Assembly (NCBI GenBank): GCA_049516875.1
Contig: JBEKSS010000005.1
Span: 1-64,000 of the forward strand
Direction of reading: 5' to 3'
Origin: Candidatus Bathyarchaeia archaeon
GTDB lineage: Archaea > Thermoproteota > Bathyarchaeia > Bathyarchaeales > Bathycorpusculaceae
DNA: 64,000 nucleotides
The notes under the pieces were generated by a model. The model was not told where the DNA came from. It worked only from the letters and a program-made list of their open reading frames with translations, and did no database searches. The position numbers were made by a program, and so were the translations under genes. The number at the start of each line of letters is the position of its first letter. The first letter of the stretch is position 1. This document shows positions 48,583-56,756 of the stretch, piece by piece.

Positions 48583-48673
48583 AGCCTTTATTTACGAGGG
48601 GCTTCTGCCTCTTTTTTTTCTGTTCGGGGTGAAGGCCCGTTTAAGGTTGGAATGAAGGGCAAGCAGTGGTTAT

Positions 48674-49033
48674 CTAGGGAAGGAACGCTAACTTTTCCCA
48701 AGACCAAGTCGGATTTTTGAAGCCGCGCTTAACGTATGATTCAATTATTTCATCATCAGACATTTTCAAGATGGTATCTGCTGCCTCTAGCGTTTTTTTC
48801 GCGTACTCAAAGACAGGGTCAACGCCCGAAAACGCATAGCGTTTGTCGAGTTCGGCCTTAGTTATAAGGGTGCGGCGAGGCATATGTTTGCTTCGTTGAT
48901 GCCTCAAGATTTTGGCTATTTCTTCTTTGGATTTTGACCTCTTCATTTTCTCTATTGCGTTCAATCTCTTCATTTTTTCTTCATTCTCGCTGTTACGGTA
49001 CATTTTTTTCATCATCTCCTTTTCACATTCCAA
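48674..49033 (-). CDS. Hypothetical protein
   Basis: 119-aa ORF with upstream TATA (TTTAAATA). Confidence 0.55.
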   Translation of the reverse strand: MECEKEMMKKMYRNSENEEKMKRLNAIEKMKRSKSKEEIAKILRHQRSKHMPRRTLITKAELDKRYAFSGVDPVFEYAKKTLEAADTILKMSDDEIIESYVKRGFKNPTWSWEKLAFLP

Positions 49034-49164
49034 AAACCTCGGATATTTAAATGTAGAGCAGCCACGGCCTGCCGTGGATCCTGTTTCAGCGAGGGACGCT
49101 GCCAGCTGTTGGCTAGAGCCTGGCTGCCTGCTGCAGCAACATTCCTCATAATCAAGTTATTAAC

Positions 49165-49398
49165 AAAGATAGAGAGCGTAAGGCGGGTCAGTTCCTCGCA
49201 GACATGAAAGAACAGGACCAACTCAGCAAGGGCGGTGGAGACCAAAAATCAAAGTTACACGATGTTACTTTGAAAACTATAGGGATTGAAAAGATTGAGT
49301 CTCAGCGGTGGCAGCGCATCGCTGGAATACCTGAGGAACGATTCGAAGAATACCTGCTGAATGCTAAAAAGAGTCAACGGCTAGAAGTACGGGGTTGA
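49165..49398 (+). pseudogene. Remnant of a phage-type helical domain often fused to MT-A70-type methyltransferases
   Basis: RERKAGQFLADM...TLKTIGIEKIESQRWQRIAGIPEERFEEY pattern; no start or catalytic domain. Confidence 0.55.
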
Positions 49399-49427
49399 AC
49401 ATTTAGAGGTCGCAAATCCGTGCATTA

Positions 49428-50375
49428 TTACGCTCCTAGCAAGAGGAACGCTATATAAAGAACAAGGCATATAGCGGAGAATAGAACGTACCACTGATTT
49501 CTCTTCCACCATCTTGAGATTTCTGCATTATGTGCGTCGATCCAAGGTGAAAGTCTTTTGAACAGTCCGTACATGGAGCCGATAGTGAAAAGAACGGAAA
49601 GCAGCTGTGAAAGCCAAAGCCAGTTGGCTGCAGAGTTGACCGCTGGCGCCGTCTCCGGAGTGACGTTGAAAAACGCAGTCGTGTAGGTGATGGCGTTTTG
49701 AGACGACAGTGTACCGCCCGTGGAGGTTTGATACGTTTCATCAAGGAGAAAAACCCAGAGTTCCCATTGCCCGATCTGACTGGGATCCGTGGCTGTCTGC
49801 TTCTCAAGCCACACCTCGCTGTTTCCCTCATGGTTGCTGGCGTTCCAGTAGTCTCCTTGTCCGCTTATCATTGTCTGCCGCGAAATTTCAAGGTAGCTTC
49901 CATAAGTCCCCAGTTGCAGATAAGTGCCTTGAGCATTAAGTGGCCATGGCGATAGCTTGTAGCCCTGTGCGACATAGACGTCTTGTGGAAACACGGACGC
50001 AACAGCCCCTGTGGTGTTCACAAGGAAGGCGTAGAAGTATGGCTTGCTGAGCGGGGTTCCGGTGTTGTTGATTTCCACGTGAATCTTGACTGTCCCTCCT
50101 ATTGGGACGTCCGTGTTTTCGAATGAAATGTAGATTCTGGCCGAGTAGCCCGACACGCCCGACGACGCTGCAACGTCGCCTTGCAAAACACTACTCGTAA
50201 GGTAAGGGTATTGAGTCGGCACGAACTGTAGCTCTAATTTTCCAGGCTCAAAACGTGAAGCAGCCCAGGACGCAATGCCAGGGGAAAATAGAACGAGGAT
50301 AATTATCAAAACGATGATTCCGGACACCACGTTTCCAAGAGTCCATCTCGATTTCTTTTTCGATTCCTCAGCCAT
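49428..50375 (-). CDS. Membrane-anchored surface protein
   Basis: N-terminal TM, Ig-like beta domain with N-x-T/S sequons, two C-terminal TM helices. Confidence 0.7.
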   Translation of the reverse strand: MAEESKKKSRWTLGNVVSGIIVLIIILVLFSPGIASWAASRFEPGKLELQFVPTQYPYLTSSVLQGDVAASSGVSGYSARIYISFENTDVPIGGTVKIHVEINNTGTPLSKPYFYAFLVNTTGAVASVFPQDVYVAQGYKLSPWPLNAQGTYLQLGTYGSYLEISRQTMISGQGDYWNASNHEGNSEVWLEKQTATDPSQIGQWELWVFLLDETYQTSTGGTLSSQNAITYTTAFFNVTPETAPAVNSAANWLWLSQLLSVLFTIGSMYGLFKRLSPWIDAHNAEISRWWKRNQWYVLFSAICLVLYIAFLLLGA

Positions 50376-50511
50376 TTTTCTGCCTTCGACCATTGGTCGA
50401 CTGCCTATTAGTTGAATCGGCTGATATCGTTTGCGGTAGCTCCGCACTCAAAACTAATCCTTTAGCGGGCTCAGCACTCAAGTCATGCAACCATGAATCT
50501 TAAATAAATCG

Positions 50512-50527
50512 TTAGCTTTCTTATGAA
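50512..50527 (+). repeat. Putative attR
   Basis: TTAGCTTTCTTATGAA, direct repeat of 29837-29852. Confidence 0.6.
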
Positions 50528-50644
50528 CCTGAAATATGGATTCAGAATTCAGGTGCGATGTACCCACGTGGTCGACTTGAACCACAAACACGCGACCGTG
50601 CATGATGGCGAACCTTTTTATTTGCGGTCTTGTTATTTGAACTT

Positions 50645-50708
50645 TGCCGGATGATGAAAAGGCATTAAATTGACATCAGGATGAAATCTCAGAGTTACTC
50701 GGACGGCA
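50645..50708 (+). ncRNA. Box C/D sRNA with two guides to 23S rRNA H69-H71
   Basis: TGCCG/CGGCA stem, perfect C box ATGATGA, D' TTGA, C' ATGAAAT, D CGGA; guides AAGGCATT and TCAGAGTTACT; BRE-TATA AACCTTTTTAT about 25 nt upstream. Confidence 0.75.
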
Positions 50709-51229
50709 CTTGACGAGCAACTTGAATATCGTGCTGATTTCTCTAAGTGTCCTCCAGCGTGCTTGTAGAAACCATGATGCTACATGCAAAACTGCCATGA
50801 TACACGCTCGAAAAACGATTTCCGCCAACCAAGGGATCACGTACTATGTCTTTCCAGAAGAATGATGGGTACCTTCACCTATTCATACCGAAGCAAGTAT
50901 AGTGGTTCGCTTGCCCCTCTTTTTCCTTCTTCTCTGGAAACGCTGGAGGAGTCGGTTCTTCTAGGTTCTAACGTGGCACTTTTTTTCTTTTCGTTCACCG
51001 AGTTCTTTTTTTGAATATTCAATTTTCACACTCGTTCCTATGTTATCTTGACGTTACAAGTAGTTGATTTTGCAGTGACTACCAATATCTAGTTTCAGAA
51101 GCCAAAATCTGTATCATGAAAATTAACCCTGAATCAATAGACACTGTTCAGACAATATGCCGATTCACGACTTTCGCAGCTTGAGAGAAATGAAGTGAAC
51201 CTTCAAAATCATAGTCTGACGTTGACGGA

Positions 51230-52009
51230 TCAAGGCCTTATCGCTTTGCGAGCGAAGGTGATGTAGCCAGTGTGTCCAGTCATCAATGTGTGGGGCCGTG
51301 TTTTTCCCCTTTCAACTTGCATCCCGCGCATCAGGCACTCGATTGTCTCGATGCTCACGAAACCATTTTCTTTCAAGGCTTCAACTGTCTTCACAACCTG
51401 ATCTATTGTCGGACTAAAGGAAACTAGTGTTCCGCATGGCTTTAAAGCGGTGAACGCGTGCGGGACAACCATCCAAGGGATTGCCAAATCAAGTATTACT
51501 GAATCAACCTCCTCCTCGTCTATTCCGGTTGTAACGTCCTTGTTCTTCAATTCGACGTAGTCAATTATGCCAGCGCGTCTCAGATTCTTCTCAGCCGTTT
51601 TTTGAAATTCTTCTCTGATTTCGTAGCTGTAGACTCTGCCGTTAGGCTGGACGTAATGGGCTAACGCCGTGGTCAGAGCGCCTGTTCCAGTGCCAGACTC
51701 AACGACGCAGCTTCCTGGCCCTATTCCGCTGAACATTACAATGAGTGCTATGTCCTTCGGATAGGTTATCTGCGTTTGTCGGACAGATTTCATGATGTAA
51801 TCATGGAGCAACGGTTTCAGCGCTGTGAATTCGAAACCCAGACTGCTTTGAACCGTGGAACCGTATTCTTTTCCGACTAGGTCGTCGAATTTTATGAAGC
51901 CCTTGTGGGTATGGAAGCTTTTTCCGCTTTCAACTTTGATCAGGTAGGTCTTTCGTGCGCTCAGGCTGAGAAGTATGTGGTCGCCATCGAGTATTTTCTG
52001 TTCTGTCAA
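51230..52009 (-). CDS. trmI: tRNA (adenine-N1)-methyltransferase
   Basis: RQTQITYPKD, VVESGTGTGALT, ILDLAIPW, HTGYITFAR. Confidence 0.95.
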   Translation of the reverse strand: MTEQKILDGDHILLSLSARKTYLIKVESGKSFHTHKGFIKFDDLVGKEYGSTVQSSLGFEFTALKPLLHDYIMKSVRQTQITYPKDIALIVMFSGIGPGSCVVESGTGTGALTTALAHYVQPNGRVYSYEIREEFQKTAEKNLRRAGIIDYVELKNKDVTTGIDEEEVDSVILDLAIPWMVVPHAFTALKPCGTLVSFSPTIDQVVKTVEALKENGFVSIETIECLMRGMQVERGKTRPHTLMTGHTGYITFARKAIRP

Positions 52010-52018
52010 CTGTTTTCA

Positions 52019-53497
52019 CTATGGTGTGTATTTGAAAGGATGTTTTGATCGGTCCTTGTTTTCCATAAGCTCGTCCATGCCAGGTCTGCCTTCCATGGCC
52101 TTGCGCACGGCGTGACGTACAGCCTTGTAGTTGTTTATGTACACACGTTGTCGGTCAACGGCTGCGGGATGGACGAAAACGTTTGCTATGATTATGAGTT
52201 CTTCAACAGCTTCCTTCGGAATCGTGCCATCTGCGACGCTGTCTATGACAGCTTTGGCCACCGCCGTTTGGGCTGGCCCATAAACCATGCTTGCCTCCCG
52301 CATGCCCCTGATCGTGACTGTTGGAACGATTAGGGTTACCGGCTTGACCGCCAAGTTCGGCTCCAGAATGGCCAGTAACGGCTCATGCCCCGGAGTTGGT
52401 GTTGCCTTGGCCTTTGTGAAGGCTTCCGCCACTGGGCCGTCTTTCGTTCCGATAAGGAGGTCAACGTGAGCCACCTCTGCATCCTGCCCAGCTAGTGCTT
52501 CCCCAACGCGCAGTTTGAAGTTCTTGACTGTTTCTGGAGTAATGTCCACGGTCACGAAACGCTCTTCCAGAGGTTTCTCAGTTAGCTCAAAGCTTATTGG
52601 TTTTGGTTGTACTTTCCCTATTTTTTCCAGGTCGAGCCTCAGTTCCTCTTTTGACTCGTAGGTTAATTCTCCACCGACGCTTAATGGTTTCCTCACTGGG
52701 CCGACCTTGATTTTCATCATCTTCAGCGCCTCTTTTGTGCCTACGGCGCCGCTTCCCGCTATTATTCTAGCTATTTTCTGGACTTTGTATTGAAGTTCGC
52801 GGGCCTGTTGCAGCTCACCCTTCTTCACATGGTTATAGATTTGAATCCAAATGTCGGGTATGACGTTGGCACTAGCAAGGATTGCCCCTGAGCATCCGGC
52901 TGAGAGTCCTGCCACGACAACCTCGTCGTGCCCGCAAAGAACGTTTATCTTGTCCCTGACTTTTTCCAGAACGGCCAAGATGAAGCTTAGCTGTCCGCTG
53001 CTGTCCTTCAATGCGACGATGTTTGGGATTTGCGCTAGATCTTCCACCATCTGCCAGGGAAGAGGCAAGCCTGTGCACTGCGGAATGTTGTAGAGAATTA
53101 TGGGCAGGTCGACTTCATTCGCAATCGTGTAGTAGTGCTCGTATATTCCCCGATCTGCTGGTTTTAGGTAGAACGGTGTGACGATGAGGGCAGCGGTGGC
53201 GCCAACGTCCTTTGCGTACTTCGTCATTTCCACCGCTTGGTCTGTGCCGCTTGCTCCTGTCCCAGCAATCACTGGAACCCGGCCGTTCACTTCGTCAACC
53301 ACGATCTTGATTACGCCCTTTTTCTCCTCGTTCGTGAGGTTTACAAACTCGCCGGTCGTACCGCACGGGACGACTCCGTGAACGCCCAGTTCGATGCAAT
53401 GGTTAACTAAACTCCGCAGCCTTTCTTCGTCAATTGTTTTCCCGTCGTCGGTAAAGGGCGTCACCAGCGCGGGCATAATGCCTTCCGGCTTGTACAT
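52019..53497 (-). CDS. DapA-family class I aldolase fused to formaldehyde-activating enzyme (Fae) domain
   Basis: GTTGEF, LYNIP, ALKDSSG (Schiff-base Lys); C-terminal VGEAL...AHVDLLIG...GH.PLLA.LEPNL..KP.T...GPAQ.AVAKAV...NNY.A. Confidence 0.9.
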   Translation of the reverse strand: MYKPEGIMPALVTPFTDDGKTIDEERLRSLVNHCIELGVHGVVPCGTTGEFVNLTNEEKKGVIKIVVDEVNGRVPVIAGTGASGTDQAVEMTKYAKDVGATAALIVTPFYLKPADRGIYEHYYTIANEVDLPIILYNIPQCTGLPLPWQMVEDLAQIPNIVALKDSSGQLSFILAVLEKVRDKINVLCGHDEVVVAGLSAGCSGAILASANVIPDIWIQIYNHVKKGELQQARELQYKVQKIARIIAGSGAVGTKEALKMMKIKVGPVRKPLSVGGELTYESKEELRLDLEKIGKVQPKPISFELTEKPLEERFVTVDITPETVKNFKLRVGEALAGQDAEVAHVDLLIGTKDGPVAEAFTKAKATPTPGHEPLLAILEPNLAVKPVTLIVPTVTIRGMREASMVYGPAQTAVAKAVIDSVADGTIPKEAVEELIIIANVFVHPAAVDRQRVYINNYKAVRHAVRKAMEGRPGMDELMENKDRSKHPFKYTP

Positions 53498-53719
53498 GGA
53501 TAATCTCCACCTTTTTATTCCAACAACGCTTCTTATATCATTTGAGTCTTATAGTGCCAAAACCAATACGCCAGTGTAGGTCTCGTCGTTAACGACTATC
53601 ACCTCTGTGCGTTGATGAAATTGTCTTTCATTTTGCGCACGCGAAGCGAAATTTCATTGAGTGCGCAAACAGTCTGAAACGCTTAAATTGATTGAGGTCC
53701 AGAAGTTAGCAGGCGGAAG

Positions 53720-55012
53720 GTGGTGGCTTTGGCTGATCTTAGGGAGAGATTGAGGATCGACGAAGGAAATTTGAGAGAGATAAACGAGTTCCTGTTGCAG
53801 AAGAATAATCCCCTCGTGAACGCTGTCCTACAGATTGTTGAAAAGTATGGTGGTGTCGATGAGATTAACCGCAAAGCCAAGGAAGCTCGCAGAATTGAAA
53901 GCCTCATGGGCAGGCTTGAGAGGAAGAGATCTCCGTTTGTGAAAGATCTTGAATGGCTAGTAAAGATGCGAGATGAAGAGGCTTTCATAAGCATCCCCGA
54001 ATACCGAAAGAAAATCCTAGGAAAGAAAGCCGAATCAATAAAGTTTAACGAGGCTTTTGCTGTCACTTTGGAAATTAGTGCCTTCAACTTCTTTCCGTGG
54101 ATTGTTGAAGAAGCAAAGAGAGCTATTGCACAGAGGAGCCTGATGCCTGCCCGTTATATACGGGTTCGTTCGATGGAGGAGCAAGTTGAGGACGACGACA
54201 TTGTAGCTTTTGCGGCTGCGATGCAAGTTGTGGGAGCCTCTTACGTCCAAACCCTGGATACTAAAGGCACAATGCCCGGACCTGATGGCAAATCCATCAA
54301 TGTTCATCTTGGCGGCGCGGACACGATTGCAGGGTATTATGGAGGGATCGGTATTCCGAATGATTACACTCTAAAATGGGTTGACGAATTTCTCCATTAT
54401 TATACGGAGTACGGACTTCCGCAGGTTTTGAACACGAATTCGGGGACGGTTTTGCTGGGATATTGGCTGCGAAAACTTGGAATCGACATTGAATTTAAGA
54501 TTTCCGTGTTCCTAGGAACTGACAATCCCTACTCGATCCTGTGGACGCTGTTAACTACAAAGCTTTTCAGCAGGGATGATGGTTCCACTCCGCTTATCGG
54601 GTTTAATCTTTCAAACTCCGTCAGCAACGAGACGATTGAACTTTCTGCCTACGTGAGAAGGGCGTTCGGTTTTGAAGATATCGTTCGAATTGAACATCAC
54701 GTCACTGAAGCCTATAAGAGCATTGTGAGACAACCATACAATCGCACAGACGAACTTGTGCAACTTGCAAATCACGTAAAAAACATCAGCGCGAAACATG
54801 AAGGCGGAATACCTGAAACTGAAGAAAAAAGAGAACATCCGTCAGACATTCTGGAATACTTTCTGTCGAAGAAAGACATCGTTGAAAAGGGACTGATGCC
54901 GAAACTTCTGACCAACTATCTCGACAAACACGATGCGCTCAACATCACGGCGGAAGCTCTGACCCGACATGGGTTAACCTTCATGGCAGCACAGAAACTA
55001 CACAGACAGTAA
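53720..55012 (+). CDS. Conserved-looking hypothetical protein
   Basis: 430-aa globular ORF (LDTKGT, NVHLGG, IEHHVTE, SAKHEGG); family not recognised. Confidence 0.75.
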   Translation: MVALADLRERLRIDEGNLREINEFLLQKNNPLVNAVLQIVEKYGGVDEINRKAKEARRIESLMGRLERKRSPFVKDLEWLVKMRDEEAFISIPEYRKKILGKKAESIKFNEAFAVTLEISAFNFFPWIVEEAKRAIAQRSLMPARYIRVRSMEEQVEDDDIVAFAAAMQVVGASYVQTLDTKGTMPGPDGKSINVHLGGADTIAGYYGGIGIPNDYTLKWVDEFLHYYTEYGLPQVLNTNSGTVLLGYWLRKLGIDIEFKISVFLGTDNPYSILWTLLTTKLFSRDDGSTPLIGFNLSNSVSNETIELSAYVRRAFGFEDIVRIEHHVTEAYKSIVRQPYNRTDELVQLANHVKNISAKHEGGIPETEEKREHPSDILEYFLSKKDIVEKGLMPKLLTNYLDKHDALNITAEALTRHGLTFMAAQKLHRQ

Positions 55013-55101
55013 CAAACTTGCACGTTCCGAGAGTCGACCTAACCCAAGCTGAGGGTGTTTCCCGTTATGATGCAGGCGTCTGCTGTGGGTGACCTTTCTT
55101 T

Positions 55102-55923
55102 TCACCAACTTTCTTTGGGTCGACGCATGACCATGAAGACTGTCGTGGCCACGAAGAAGACGGTTGTCACGGCAAGGATGACTGCCACCCGTCTGGTGTT
55201 GTCCAGATCATCATTCATACTGCCTTGCAGCGCGGTGTAATTGCCCCACAGAGTAGTGTAATTCTGCTGAAGCTGCACGAAAGTCTGGTTAAGCTGCAGG
55301 TACTCACCTGCAAGGCTGGTGTAGTTATCGTTTAACTTGGCGTAATCATCGTTTAGCTTCGTGTAATCATCGTTTAGCTTCGTGTAGTTATCATTCACCG
55401 TCTTGAGTTGATTTTCAAGGTCTTTGAGGAGCGTGTTCTCAACATGAGTCATGTAGAAACCGCTGACAGCATCTGGGAACCTTAGCTCTAAGCCTCCCAG
55501 ACTGGCGGAATATGTCAGTTTGATCTGTCCAAAGGTCACACCCCACACGCCGCCTGGAATAAAGAACGTTCCGTTGTACTCCCTGTCCGCACCACTCAAG
55601 GAGAAGTTGTAGTCAGTCACGCTTCCGATTGAAACCTCGTCCGTTCCGTTCAGGAAACCATAAACCTCGAATCTCAACAGTTCCACGTAGACGCTCGTTT
55701 GCGGCGCGAGACGTAGCCACACCGTTAGATATTCAGCAGGCAGAGCTTCCGCGGTTGCATTGACCTGGATCTTTATTCCGGGCATTTCTGAGTCGAAAAA
55801 AGTCTTGACGTTCTCCCCTCCAACCTGCCCCCTTACCTTACACATCATTGCCAATGTCAAGATGCATACGATAAGAATGAAACTTGGCTTTACTAGTCTA
55901 CTCACCTTTTGCCCTCCGAACAT
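55102..55923 (-). CDS. Surface protein with heptad-repeat coiled-coil stalk and C-terminal TM anchor
   Basis: Signal peptide; NDNYTKL-NDDYTKL-NDDYAKL-NDNYTSL (21-bp repeats at about 55319-55395); TM + RRPK. Confidence 0.75.
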   Translation of the reverse strand: MFGGQKVSRLVKPSFILIVCILTLAMMCKVRGQVGGENVKTFFDSEMPGIKIQVNATAEALPAEYLTVWLRLAPQTSVYVELLRFEVYGFLNGTDEVSIGSVTDYNFSLSGADREYNGTFFIPGGVWGVTFGQIKLTYSASLGGLELRFPDAVSGFYMTHVENTLLKDLENQLKTVNDNYTKLNDDYTKLNDDYAKLNDNYTSLAGEYLQLNQTFVQLQQNYTTLWGNYTALQGSMNDDLDNTRRVAVILAVTTVFFVATTVFMVMRRPKESW

Positions 55924-56021
55924 AGCTTACTGGCGCTGTTTTGATCAGAAGTTATTTAACGTTTTCTATCTGCTTTTGAATCTCGGATCCAAAGGGCAGA
56001 AAACGCGCGTTGAGTTTTTCT

Positions 56022-56276
56022 TTATCTCATTGAACGAATGAAGCGTTGGTACATGTAAACGAAGTATATCGCAGAGAAAACAGTCAAGAGTATTTCAAAG
56101 GACAAAATGGCTGGGTTGTTTTCCACTGCCATGAAATACCCGTGTTGGAGTATGTCTGTGAACACCAAGAGCTGCAGGAATATGGCCCCCCCTAGGCAAC
56201 TTAAGCCCAACGTGTGAAAGAGTACCTGCATTCGATGGTTTGGTCGTGTAGCGTTCATCGTAATCGTGAATATCAA
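56022..56276 (-). CDS. Small two-TM membrane protein
   Basis: Two hydrophobic helices around QHGYFMAVENNP. Confidence 0.6.
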   Translation of the reverse strand: MIFTITMNATRPNHRMQVLFHTLGLSCLGGAIFLQLLVFTDILQHGYFMAVENNPAILSFEILLTVFSAIYFVYMYQRFIRSMR

Positions 56277-56756
56277 GAGTTGCTACGTTCACTTATACGT
56301 TGCGAATCCAAGCACAAAACAAGACCTAATGATTAAAGTTTAGGATTCCTGGTTCAAACCCTCAATCAAAAGCATAACGTGGAACCTTAATGACGGATTT
56401 CCAACTTTGAGCGAGAGACAAGTGCGTCCTTCGGTTAGAGATAGGGTTCGAGGCAGTTCTTCCGCTGGCGGATGTTTCAGGGTCCATCAGCATCTTCTCC
56501 AAATCCTCTGATACCCAACCGACAACAATGGGCTTTTCAAGATTCCTCCGGCTTCTGATCTGTGTGCTCTGACATACCCTACCCTCGGTCTACTATATGA
56601 TACAAATATGATTCAAGAAAAGAATCGGACGTGACGATGAGTCTTCTTTCGGCGCGCGTACGTGGCTGCGCCTGCTAGGGTAGCCTGTCCAGGAAGCCAA
56701 AGCCTCCAGAATGCTGCCTAGTTTGTGCGGGTCCTTGCAAAGCGTGCGTTCGTTTC

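Larger units (their letters stand above)
43300..48631 (+). repeat. Dispersed intergenic repeat CC(Y)TTTTT(T)CTGTTCGGGGTG delimiting gene cassettes
   Basis: Copies at 44090, 44650, 45553, 46568, 47066, 48073, 48409, 48608; degenerate at 43300, 44401, 44807, 47373. Confidence 0.85.
29844..50527. mobile_element. Integrated tyrosine-recombinase element (~20.7 kb; integrative plasmid, satellite or defective provirus)
   Basis: Integrase at the left end; replication, ParB, AbrB and cargo genes; bounded by direct repeat TTA(A/G)CT(C/T)TCTTATGAA; host-type genes on both sides. Confidence 0.8.

Noticed and set aside
44090-48631. CRISPR array
   Set aside because: Repeats are degenerate, spacing is irregular (about 150-1000 bp), the spacers are whole genes, and no cas genes are present
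50760-51030. ORF 50784-51014 and opposite-strand fragments
   Set aside because: Low-complexity or stop-interrupted; no support
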